In this document: positions 1-8,471 of the stretch, piece by piece
Position numbering within the stretch: position 1 is the first letter of the stretch
Layout: every line of letters starts with the position of its first letter
Virus record (IMG/VR): IMGVR_UViG_3300020042_006720
Location: 1-39,311 of that record
Reading direction: 5' to 3' (one strand)
Source: a virus
Lineage: Duplodnaviria > Caudoviricetes
DNA: 39,311 nucleotides
The notes under the pieces: generated by a model
The model's input: the letters and a program-made list of their open reading frames with translations, nothing else
What the model was told of the DNA's origin: nothing
Databases searched by the model: none
Position numbers and translations under genes: made by a program

Positions 1-39
1 TTTACACCTGAACCGTTTGCAATCTTTGCACCAGCCATT
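1..39 (-). CDS. 5' end of next gene (MAGAKIANGSGV...), truncated by window edge; probably a virion/fibre-associated protein
   Basis: ATG at 37-39 on minus strand preceded by AAGAGAG purine tract, just downstream of the 847-aa fibre gene; frame open to window edge. Confidence 0.5.
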
Positions 40-63
40 TATAATTCTCTCTTAATAATTAGT

Positions 64-2607
64 TTAAACACCAACACACATTACTTTGTAAATGCCTTTG
101 GCTTCTTGCTCTGAATAGAGTGTTAGGGTAAATCCAGTACCATTGACCAAAGAGCTAATGACTGGTTTAATGTTAAGCAGGTAGAGTTCGTCTGGGTCAC
201 TCCCAGTTGGACACAGAACTTGGCAAGTAATACTACCTGTAGTCGTTACCCAAGACTGCCCTGTAACAACTACTTGAGCTTTGTCTGTAAAAGAACTACC
301 AAAATCTACGTCAACGACTACAGCATTACTTGAGCTTCCTCCAGAAGGAGCAGCCCATGTACCATCAGCCCGTAGGAAGTTAGTTGTACCCCCTCCAGAA
401 GCTCCTACAAGCCCTTTGGAGCCACTTGTGAACGTATTTAGTAGTGAGGTAGCTTGAGTAGCTGTAAGGTCTTCTACGTTGCCTGTAGAGGCTGTTATAC
501 GGCCTTTGAATGTAGCTGAGGCAACTTGAGCTAGCTTGGCATTACTGACAACATTGCTCCCTAAACTAAGGGTAATAGCTGTTGTACCACTGCCACTCAC
601 ATCCCCTGTGATTGTTACTGTCTGGTTGTCTGTTAGGTAAGTGGAGTTGTCATAGCTTACTGTTGTACCGACTACCTTAACAAAGCCTGTACCATTCAAT
701 GCAGCTTGTTTACCGTTGAAGGTATTCCAATCTGTAGAGGTTAATTGACCGTTCTGTCCAGTTGTAGCATTCTGCAATGTTAATGTGATTGCTGGTGTTG
801 TGCTGGCATTAGCCACACTCCCAGAGAAACCATTAGCGGAAACAACACTTGCGGTGGTTACTGTACCAGTGTTAGTGGTGTAACCAGAGGGGTTAGTAGC
901 ATTGTACGGAGTGAATCCTAATGCTGTAGTAATCTGCCCAGATGTGAAGTTAGTAAGACTTCCACCATTCCCTGTAGGAGTTAAGTAGTCTGTTCCAGCA
1001 GTAGCTGCTGAGATAGCTGTACCATTGCCCTTCAGTAAGCCTGTAATGGTCGTAGAGAGGGTTATAGCTGGAGTAGTACCTGCGGTAGCCACTGAGCCAG
1101 CAAAGCCGTTAGCGCTCACTACAGAGGCTGTGGTTACTGTCCCTGTGTTAGTGGTGTAACCACTTGGGTTAGAGGATAAGTAGTAACTATTGGTATCCAG
1201 TGTCCAAGTATCTGCAGCACTCTTCTTGAGGAAACCAGAAGTACCAGCTAAAGCTGCAATAGCGGTTAAATCTCCGTCTAAAGGTTGCTTTCCAGCTAAA
1301 TCACTCACAAGGTTGGTGATGCTAGATTGAGCTATGTTACTCAGGGTATTACTTGAACCAGAGATAGTTTTATTGGTGAGAGTTACGCTGGCTGCATTTT
1401 TTGTAGCATCAGAGGTGTTATCTACGTTACCTAAACTAACAGCAGTCTTATCTAAAGTCTGCCAACTCTTATCACCTCTCCAATACTGAGATGTAGTACC
1501 AGCAGTAATTGTATTCTCTTTACCAGTAATGCCAGCAGCTACCCTTGCGTCTGCTGCTGTGTTGAAATCAGCAATGTCCGTAGACGTTAATTGCTTATTC
1601 TTCCACAACCCTGTAGCACTTTCGTACACAGCAACATCTTTATTTGCCACACTTGTAATGAGGACATCGTGCAGGTCGCTGTATTCAAACCCATTCTGGA
1701 TAGATACATCAAACTGCCCTTGTGTTGCATGAGATCTGGTTACTACGCCAAGGGTAACACTGTGCAGTGGGGACAATGGTTGTGTAGTGGTGACTCCCCC
1801 CGCAACTGTCCCACTTAGGTAGACAATAGCCCCCTCGGTGAGAAGTGAAGTATCCAGTCCACCCAAGTCACCACTTACAACAGCATATCCATTACTGTTG
1901 TTTGATATGTTGGATTGAACTATGCCGAAGGTTCTGTCTGAGGATACTTCACTATTAGCTATAGCCCTTAGTGCCAACGGTTTATTACCACTGGCACCAG
2001 ATAAGTAAATAACTGTTCCTTTGGTTAAGGTAGTCCCAGTCTCATTCCTTACTTGACGTACTAATGTCCCAGCTTGTCCAGCAACAGGAAATGCAATTAA
2101 ACTACCATCTCCTGCAATGTACTGGGTAGTGTCTCCAATAGGATCATCAAACTTACCATCTAAAGCTGTCTGTAATCCAGTAACATCTGAAATTACATGA
2201 GTATGAGCGGAGGGGTTAAATGTGGAAGGGATATTACTCAGGTCGGTGTAACTACCACTTGTGGCTACTGTAGCTAAACTATTAAGTTTAACTTTATCTG
2301 TAGCAATCAGTAAACCAGCTTCAGTGATTGTTGCTTGTGGTAATGTTACATCTGTACCAGTTGAACTTAATACATCAAATGTTGTACTTGTTTTGTTAGC
2401 TACTGAAAGATTTGTATTACTGCCAGCACTCACTGATTTATAAGTACCATCATTCGATAAGAAAGATAATCCATCCCCAGAAGCAGTAAGATTAACACCT
2501 TGTGGCACACTTCTAAAACTGTTTATTTCTTCTACAGTAAGTGGTTGTTGTGTGATGATCTCAATTATTTCTTGAGGTTGTTCACTTATAACCTCAATAA
2601 TTGTCAT
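64..2607 (-). CDS. Long fibre-like virion protein (847 aa)
   Basis: T/S/G/A-rich; fibre motifs HTHVISDVTGLQTALDGK, LGNVDNTSD, KQPLDGDLTAIA, FLRADGTWAAP; capsid-cement-like segment (VRNETGTTLTKGTVIY...); internal duplication. Confidence 0.75.
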   Translation of the reverse strand: MTIIEVISEQPQEIIEIITQQPLTVEEINSFRSVPQGVNLTASGDGLSFLSNDGTYKSVSAGSNTNLSVANKTSTTFDVLSSTGTDVTLPQATITEAGLLIATDKVKLNSLATVATSGSYTDLSNIPSTFNPSAHTHVISDVTGLQTALDGKFDDPIGDTTQYIAGDGSLIAFPVAGQAGTLVRQVRNETGTTLTKGTVIYLSGASGNKPLALRAIANSEVSSDRTFGIVQSNISNNSNGYAVVSGDLGGLDTSLLTEGAIVYLSGTVAGGVTTTQPLSPLHSVTLGVVTRSHATQGQFDVSIQNGFEYSDLHDVLITSVANKDVAVYESATGLWKNKQLTSTDIADFNTAADARVAAGITGKENTITAGTTSQYWRGDKSWQTLDKTAVSLGNVDNTSDATKNAASVTLTNKTISGSSNTLSNIAQSSITNLVSDLAGKQPLDGDLTAIAALAGTSGFLKKSAADTWTLDTNSYYLSSNPSGYTTNTGTVTTASVVSANGFAGSVATAGTTPAITLSTTITGLLKGNGTAISAATAGTDYLTPTGNGGSLTNFTSGQITTALGFTPYNATNPSGYTTNTGTVTTASVVSANGFSGSVANASTTPAITLTLQNATTGQNGQLTSTDWNTFNGKQAALNGTGFVKVVGTTVSYDNSTYLTDNQTVTITGDVSGSGTTAITLSLGSNVVSNAKLAQVASATFKGRITASTGNVEDLTATQATSLLNTFTSGSKGLVGASGGGTTNFLRADGTWAAPSGGSSSNAVVVDVDFGSSFTDKAQVVVTGQSWVTTTGSITCQVLCPTGSDPDELYLLNIKPVISSLVNGTGFTLTLYSEQEAKGIYKVMCVGV
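781..1173. repeat. Intragenic direct repeat in the 847-aa fibre gene, two ~117-bp copies 276 bp apart
   Basis: NPSGYTTNTGTVTTASVVSANGF(A/S)GSVA.A.TTPAITL occurs twice; GTTAGTGGTGTAACC at 871 and 1147. Confidence 0.85.
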
Positions 2608-2951
2608 GGTCTACTACTCCCCCACTCAAGGGTGATATGTTCTAGTGGGGTTCTATCCCCATCGGTATCAACAGTATCATTATGTACCCAGCAATCTAAC
2701 ACAGCCGTCTTGAATGTGTAAGCTATGGTAGTTGATGGTTTCATAAGTAAGTCAACAGCCCCCGTTAAAGGAGTGAAGGTTACCTCTGGACTGCTTTCAG
2801 TCCACTCCTTAATAACAACATCCGATCTCTCGTGTGAACGGAGTTGGATAAGTACCTTATACCCAGTTAAAGGTTTTGGGGTGTTGACATCCAGTTTGAA
2901 TCTCCAACCAATAGGATACTCGACACCTCTTGTAATTACTCTTTCACCCAT
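2604..2951 (-). CDS. BppU-N-like small beta-sandwich adaptor protein (115 aa)
   Basis: Pattern ITRG...PLTGYKVLIQLR...GAVDLLM.PS.T...AVLD typical of fibre-attachment adaptors; GAGG RBS; ATGA overlap with the fibre gene. Confidence 0.55.
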   Translation of the reverse strand: MGERVITRGVEYPIGWRFKLDVNTPKPLTGYKVLIQLRSHERSDVVIKEWTESSPEVTFTPLTGAVDLLMKPSTTIAYTFKTAVLDCWVHNDTVDTDGDRTPLEHITLEWGSSRP

Positions 2952-2967
2952 TTAGTTACTTCCTCGA

Positions 2968-3288
2968 TTATTGTTGTGTATCTGTAGCTCTACGTTGTGC
3001 TTGCTCAAGGATGGCAGCTTTACGCCCCTTCTCTTCTGCAATGTATAACTCTATATTGTGCATACTTGTAAGCATCTTTTCTGAGTTATCTGAGAGGGGT
3101 TGTAACTCCTCTTTTACGATACGTCTTACATGGCTATCTGTAACAGCGATTTGTTGTAATACAGTAACATCATTCTCAAGTCGATCAATAGTATCTGACT
3201 TCTTATTACTTCGGTGAATAGCTACCCCAGAGAGGATAGCCGTAAACAGGGAGACAGTGCCCCCAATAATCAATGTTGTTAAGTCCAT
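2968..3288 (-). CDS. Single-pass membrane protein with coiled-coil, lysis-cassette associated (106 aa)
   Basis: N-terminal hydrophobic helix LIIGGTVSLFTAILSGVAI, coiled-coil-like remainder, C-terminal RRATD. Confidence 0.6.
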   Translation of the reverse strand: MDLTTLIIGGTVSLFTAILSGVAIHRSNKKSDTIDRLENDVTVLQQIAVTDSHVRRIVKEELQPLSDNSEKMLTSMHNIELYIAEEKGRKAAILEQAQRRATDTQQ

Positions 3289-3290
3289 GA

Positions 3291-3557
3291 CTACTTCTCT
3301 TTATAAAGTTCTTGTTTTTGAGTCTTCCACTTTCGTACAGACTCAAGTGAGGTTTCATATTGGGTAATGCAGTAAGTATTTTCAATATAAGCCTTCACAG
3401 TCTCTTCGCCAGTTGTGCCAGCGTTGATAGGTTTACAAGGGCTTAGTAAGAGAGAATCAGGGGGTAGGATTGGTTTCTCTTTTGTTACGATCATAGGTTT
3501 CGTTGAGCAACTGCTGAATGTCAGCATCCCAACTAGCACGAGGATTAATAGTTTCAT
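3291..3557 (-). CDS. o-spanin (Rz1-like outer-membrane lipoprotein, 88 aa)
   Basis: Signal peptide with lipobox FSS-C; proline-rich PILPPDSLLLSPCKP; overlaps the 3' end of the i-spanin. Confidence 0.85.
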   Translation of the reverse strand: MKLLILVLVGMLTFSSCSTKPMIVTKEKPILPPDSLLLSPCKPINAGTTGEETVKAYIENTYCITQYETSLESVRKWKTQKQELYKEK

Positions 3558-3897
3558 TTGGTAATTTCTCTAAAGTTGTAGTGGAAGTGATACATTTTTT
3601 CTTGGAGAGAGTATCTAACCTTTTGAGTAAGGATTTCTTCTCATCTTCTAATGTAGAGATAACTGTTTCTTTCTCTACATTAAGTGTATCGTCCTGTTGG
3701 GCACCTTCTACTACTTTAGATTTACCCTCAGAGCACTCTTTTAAAACTTGTTTTAGCTGCGTATGACGTGCTTCCAGCTCAACTAGCTTGTCCCTAGTAC
3801 CTAAGTATAGGTATGTAGTGGAACAGGCTACAATCATAGCTAAAAAGGCTACAATGAGTAGCCATTTAGTAAGGGGATTCAACAACACACTAATCAT
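3457..3897 (-). CDS. i-spanin (Rz-like, 146 aa)
   Basis: N-terminal TM helix then coiled-coil; overlapped by a lipoprotein gene in another frame; follows holin. Confidence 0.8.
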   Translation of the reverse strand: MISVLLNPLTKWLLIVAFLAMIVACSTTYLYLGTRDKLVELEARHTQLKQVLKECSEGKSKVVEGAQQDDTLNVEKETVISTLEDEKKSLLKRLDTLSKKKCITSTTTLEKLPNETINPRASWDADIQQLLNETYDRNKRETNPTP

Positions 3898-4150
3898 GTT
3901 GTTCTCCCGCTTTTAACTTATCTTCTTCTTTAAGATCATCTTCGTAATCTTCTATTTCTTGTTTGATAAAGCTTCCAGCCATCCCAAGTAAAGCTAAACC
4001 CCCCGTTAATAGGGCAAAAGCGTGTATGGGAAAGTAACCGAGGAATGGAGATAATGCAGCCATCCCTACAGCACTTACAGCATTCAAGATATGAGCTATG
4101 AAGCTGTACTTGTGGAATACTTTACCAATGTTATTAACTAACTTTGGCAT
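3890..4150 (-). CDS. Probable holin (two TM helices, ~86 aa)
   Basis: Start MPKLVNN at 4150 with TAAGGA RBS; two hydrophobic segments and highly charged C-terminus; adjacent to spanins. Confidence 0.7.
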   Translation of the reverse strand: MPKLVNNIGKVFHKYSFIAHILNAVSAVGMAALSPFLGYFPIHAFALLTGGLALLGMAGSFIKQEIEDYEDDLKEEDKLKAGEQHD

Positions 4151-4160
4151 AGTGGAATCC

Positions 4161-4430
4161 TTAATCATTCCAGAGGCTATAACCGAAGATGCCCGTTACT
4201 GTAGATGTAGCCCGAACATGTGTAATAACCACAGGAAGTGTTTCACCAGCAGCTAGTGCAATAGTAACATCTGCAATACCGCCCTCTGTACGACATACTA
4301 AGTTACCAGCACCTTCTACACGAACACCAAATGCTCGTCTTGTACTACCAGCACCACCCACAGGGTCTGTAGCATGTTTAGTGATTGGCCATATATCTCT
4401 TGCAATTGAACTATTAATCATTGTAGACAT
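4161..4430 (-). CDS. Head spike base protein, RcGTA Rcc01079-like (89 aa)
   Basis: Motif match by eye: ARDIWPIT...RAFGVRVEGAGNLVCRT.GG..VTIALAAGETLPVVITHVRATSTVTGI. Confidence 0.65.
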   Translation of the reverse strand: MSTMINSSIARDIWPITKHATDPVGGAGSTRRAFGVRVEGAGNLVCRTEGGIADVTIALAAGETLPVVITHVRATSTVTGIFGYSLWND

Positions 4431-4460
4431 TATTTACTTCTCTCTTTTATTTGTTTAAAA

Positions 4461-5741
4461 TTAAATTCCAATGCCATAACCAATAGCTGAGGAAGGCATT
4501 CGCCTACGACCAACAACACTTATGCCAGACTCACTAATAACCCACTCATACTCATACACATTGCCCGCGCCAGTAGTACCCGCTGCAGGTCTAAACCAGC
4601 TAGTAAAAGTGCATGCCTCGAACACTGTTCCGCCGCCATCAGGCGTTAAAACTAAATTAGGGGTTGGCATTGATGCCGTAGGTGCTGGCTGACTATAAGC
4701 ATGCTCACCACCTTCAACAGTAAACCCATCCTGAGTGAGCCAGTAGGTTAAAGTTGCAGGGTCGCTAGTGATTGCACCCGTAAAGGTGTAAACAGTCTCA
4801 TCAGCCTTTTTAACCAATGTGCGGGCAACAGACGCGAGTTCCGAGCCATAGGTAAAGGTAAAGGTTACGCTTGTGCCATTGAGCGGCCAGTCCTCACCAT
4901 TGACACGATCTTGAATGTCAATAACAAAGTCGGTAGCGGTGCCAGCGCCGATAGTTGCGGATATAGCCTTAGTGTCACTTTCGTAAGTCGCTGTTACGGC
5001 TGTAGGCTTACCCGTAAATCCTGTTGCCTGTACTGGGATACTCGTTTGGCCTGCGGTTACTGGATTACCGCCGTTAAAGGAGGTTATCGCGGCTGATCCT
5101 TCAGTAAAAATAAATGCAACCACTGACCAGCGCGCTGAGAATCCGGCAGACCACGCAGCAGATGTGCTTGTGCTTGTCGCTACTTTAGTAAAAATCCTAG
5201 CACCCTGATTTACGTCACCACCACCGACGACAAGCGTTTGTCCATCGTATGGTGGAGTCGTTGATGCGTTTATACCCGTGGGCAAAACGTTATTTAACGA
5301 CACTGAGTAAACAACAAGATCGCCCACTTTAGTTGTCACGGTTACGTTTATTGATGTACCAAGACCGTAGGAGACGGGGCTTACAGCCATTTCCACATTG
5401 TTACTGGAGACAATACTGAACATCTCCTTATGGTGGCTGCTAGCTGTATGGGTAGTAACTACGTTGACGGTGGCTATAGTGGGGTCTTTTACGGCATAAG
5501 CATTTTTAAGTTGACCTGTGCCACCAGCATCAGACGCAATTCTGGCGACCGCTGTGCCCATTGACACACCATCAAATGTACGAGTAGTACACTCGATATT
5601 ATTGCCCGAAGTATTGCTATTATCCATGTCGGTCACACAGATAAAATGCTTAGAGTTAGCAGGTGTTGTGTAGCTTGTGGTTTGCGGAGTATTTGCAGAA
5701 GCCGCAGACGTTATCAGTGCGTTACTAATAGTGACTGTCAT
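4461..5741 (-). CDS. Beta-rich putative head fibre/spike protein (426 aa)
   Basis: T/S/V/A-rich multi-domain beta protein directly upstream of the spike-base gene; ends SAIGYGIGI. Confidence 0.5.
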   Translation of the reverse strand: MTVTISNALITSAASANTPQTTSYTTPANSKHFICVTDMDNSNTSGNNIECTTRTFDGVSMGTAVARIASDAGGTGQLKNAYAVKDPTIATVNVVTTHTASSHHKEMFSIVSSNNVEMAVSPVSYGLGTSINVTVTTKVGDLVVYSVSLNNVLPTGINASTTPPYDGQTLVVGGGDVNQGARIFTKVATSTSTSAAWSAGFSARWSVVAFIFTEGSAAITSFNGGNPVTAGQTSIPVQATGFTGKPTAVTATYESDTKAISATIGAGTATDFVIDIQDRVNGEDWPLNGTSVTFTFTYGSELASVARTLVKKADETVYTFTGAITSDPATLTYWLTQDGFTVEGGEHAYSQPAPTASMPTPNLVLTPDGGGTVFEACTFTSWFRPAAGTTGAGNVYEYEWVISESGISVVGRRRMPSSAIGYGIGI

Positions 5742-5758
5742 AGTATTAGTCCAAATTA

Positions 5759-7336
5759 TTAAGGTTTATAGACCTGCGCACCTTTTTTGCCACGGTGCGT
5801 ACTATTGCCTGCATTTAAAACACCCGTAGCATCGACTAATGATGTGCCATAGAGCATTGACGGGTTTTCAAACCAAACCGAGTCGGCAACACCAGAAATA
5901 GGCGTAACGGTCATATTGGCACCCGTTGAGCGCTGCATCACATTGTTGTAGACAAGGGTTCTACGGTTTAGATTGTATTCATAGTCATAGTTTAGCGCAC
6001 CAATACCGCCATTGATTACAGTGTTACGCCTTATTGTGTTAGTTATTACAAACTGGGAAGGCCAAGGAGAATTAAGGTTTTCCGCACCGTTAGAGTAAAT
6101 GCCATTCTCGGTTGATGCACACCTAACAAAATTGTATTCGATGACCGACAACACTGTATCGACTTCAGCGCCGGATGGCTCAGCCGCATTATAAGGCGCT
6201 ATAATACCAGCAGCATGGCCAGAAACGTGTGGGTTGTCATAGGTGTTGAAAGATATTTCCGTTTTTGTATAGCGGGCTTTTGTAAACCACACCGATCTTG
6301 CTGATGTAGCGACACTAGGGTCATTGGATGTTATCCATGTATCACACTGAGACAGTAATTTATCCACTTTATAAATATCAAATGCGTGTAGCTCATCGCA
6401 GTCTATATAAGTGTTGTTTATAAAGCATACATATTCCCGCCAAACGCCATTTGGCCCACTTAACCCATAACAACTTTGGTTATTAGACCCCCCCACATTA
6501 GTGTTAGTACATTGGTTAAATGTATTGTAATAACCAATAATGCGGTCAACAATGTCATAACTACCGACAACACCGAAGTCGTTTGTGCCGACCCCCTGAA
6601 AAGTTACAAATCCAACGCTGCAATCATCGGTTTCCATATCGACTTTGTTTTGCCAGATTGCCACCTCATCGGGGTAGCCTATAACACTACCCGCCCCTGT
6701 GGTTTTGTTCAAAATCATAGCATGGGCGCTAGTATAAGTGCCGCCACAAAGCACAAGCACCTTACCTAATGCGGGGGCGGTACTGCTGCTAAGTATTGCA
6801 GTAGCCGATGCCATCGCATTGGAGTATGAGCTACCATCACCAGTACCCCTTGCTGTCGGTGCAACAAACAGGTGCTTAGCAGTCGATACCAGTACAGTAA
6901 AGCTAATTACCTTATAGTCGCCGTTTTGGTCTGTACACCGCACTTTTATTGAATGTAGCCCGACTGTTGGTGTAGTCCATGTGAGCAACCCATAGTCGGG
7001 GTCTACAATATAGTTGCCATTTACATCTTGCGACAAAAACTCACCGAGAGTAACGCCTGATGGTGCTTGCACAATCTCGTAAAATCTAGGATTGCTCCCA
7101 CCTAAACATCTAACAGGGCATTGCCACTTCATAGCCGTGTACGCTACACGATGGTGCGCATTAACGTAGGTCTCACTATCTGGGCGTGGATACATCACAG
7201 TCAACGGGATAGGTGTGTCCGTCTCATAGTACCCAGCGGGGAATCTATAAGCTGTATTGCTGGACGGCGGCACATAAAAAGCATCTAGAATATTCGTAAG
7301 AGGGTCACGACCCCACGATAGGTTTTTAGTTGGCAT
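5759..7336 (-). CDS. Ig-like plus parallel beta-helix (pectin-lyase-fold) protein, putative depolymerase/adhesin (~525 aa)
   Basis: Likely start MPTKN at 7336 after AGGA; Ig-like APSGVTL...YGLLTWTTPTVGLHSIKVRCTDQNG; LFVAPTARGTGDGS beta-helix cap; Asn-ladder repeats (YNTF, NNTY, FNTY, RNTV, NNVM). Confidence 0.65.
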   Translation of the reverse strand: MPTKNLSWGRDPLTNILDAFYVPPSSNTAYRFPAGYYETDTPIPLTVMYPRPDSETYVNAHHRVAYTAMKWQCPVRCLGGSNPRFYEIVQAPSGVTLGEFLSQDVNGNYIVDPDYGLLTWTTPTVGLHSIKVRCTDQNGDYKVISFTVLVSTAKHLFVAPTARGTGDGSSYSNAMASATAILSSSTAPALGKVLVLCGGTYTSAHAMILNKTTGAGSVIGYPDEVAIWQNKVDMETDDCSVGFVTFQGVGTNDFGVVGSYDIVDRIIGYYNTFNQCTNTNVGGSNNQSCYGLSGPNGVWREYVCFINNTYIDCDELHAFDIYKVDKLLSQCDTWITSNDPSVATSARSVWFTKARYTKTEISFNTYDNPHVSGHAAGIIAPYNAAEPSGAEVDTVLSVIEYNFVRCASTENGIYSNGAENLNSPWPSQFVITNTIRRNTVINGGIGALNYDYEYNLNRRTLVYNNVMQRSTGANMTVTPISGVADSVWFENPSMLYGTSLVDATGVLNAGNSTHRGKKGAQVYKP

Positions 7337-7913
7337 TTCTGTCATCCTGCACTTTAATACCACTAAGGCAATATTTCATTTCTAATTCTCTACGTTTAAC
7401 TAGGCCGTTAAATTTAAACTTCCACTTACCACTTGAAGTTTGTACACAATCTTTCATACCCTGTTTACACTGACCCGCGAACACGTACTCCATGAGTCTT
7501 GCACAAGCTGCTTTAGTGTTCCCAGCATTCATTAATCCTAAAATAGAACTCTTCTGAAATGCACCAACACCTAAGTTGTAGCTGAAGTCTAAGAATGCAG
7601 CTTTCTGGTAATCGTTAATTTGTACTTTAATCATTGGTGTAATCTTCTTTTCAATTTCTTGCAACTCTTGTGCAAGCATTAAAGTACACTCTTGTTCTGT
7701 GTATGTTTTATCTTTTATCACAACACCAATGTTATTGTTATCTGTAGTTCCATAACAGGTGGTAAGAATGTTTACAGGGTCTAAGTAAGGCTTATCTACA
7801 AACCCCTCGGAAGGGGCTGTTAATTGTGTAGCTGATATAACTACAGCGGCAGAGAAGCCTAACCCTAAAAGATATTTCTTCATGTCCATCTTAGGGAGGT
7901 TTAGCTTTGGCAT
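7326..7913 (-). CDS. SAR endolysin, GH24 phage lysozyme
   Basis: Start at 7913 after GGGAG; KK then a weakly hydrophobic G/A-rich SAR segment; catalytic E-x8-D-x5-T in EGFVDKPYLDPVNILTTCYG; FSYNLGVGAF; GLVKRRELE. Confidence 0.9.
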   Translation of the reverse strand: MPKLNLPKMDMKKYLLGLGFSAAVVISATQLTAPSEGFVDKPYLDPVNILTTCYGTTDNNNIGVVIKDKTYTEQECTLMLAQELQEIEKKITPMIKVQINDYQKAAFLDFSYNLGVGAFQKSSILGLMNAGNTKAACARLMEYVFAGQCKQGMKDCVQTSSGKWKFKFNGLVKRRELEMKYCLSGIKVQDDRNAN

Positions 7914-7914
7914 T

Positions 7915-8427
7915 TTAACTCCCATAATAGGAAAGAATATCTTCTTGTTTAATTGCTCGTTTCAGTCTTTGTACTAACTTCTTAGGTTGCTCTTTACGAA
8001 TAAACTGCATAAGCTCCCCCAGAGATACTTCATCTTCATTTGCTAAGGCTGTGAGTAAATCTTTAACATCTGCTGGTCTTACTACAGAAGCAGAAAGATA
8101 AACTACAGCCAATACACAAGCCTTAATCTCATCTGAAAGGGTAGCCCAAGCTACTTTAGTAGAGTTGGTGGTAGAGAGTTTGTCAGAAGCTACTTGTAAA
8201 GAAGTGATAAGCTCATTATAAGCAACTTCCTCACTCCACCACAGGTCTGGAACCCTTCCATCAACTAAAGGAACTCTACAACAATACCCGATAACATAAT
8301 GTTGCTTACCTTCTACAATCTGACCATCATCAGCTCTTGTTGAATGTTCCGTTTCTGTTACGGGGCGCTCCTTCACCCCTTTCTCATACTTAATAATTAT
8401 CTCTGCGAGACGTATTTCTCTTGACAT
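7915..8427 (-). CDS. Divergent lysozyme-fold (GH24-like) protein, possibly inactive (170 aa)
   Basis: IIKYEKG, YVIGYC, SEEVAYNEL, AWATLSDEIKACVLAVVY and LLTALANED echo T4-type lysozyme elements. Confidence 0.45.
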   Translation of the reverse strand: MSREIRLAEIIIKYEKGVKERPVTETEHSTRADDGQIVEGKQHYVIGYCCRVPLVDGRVPDLWWSEEVAYNELITSLQVASDKLSTTNSTKVAWATLSDEIKACVLAVVYLSASVVRPADVKDLLTALANEDEVSLGELMQFIRKEQPKKLVQRLKRAIKQEDILSYYGS

Positions 8428-8471
8428 TTCTTATGTTCTCTTCTAGGTAATTAGGGTTAGTTATTACGCCA

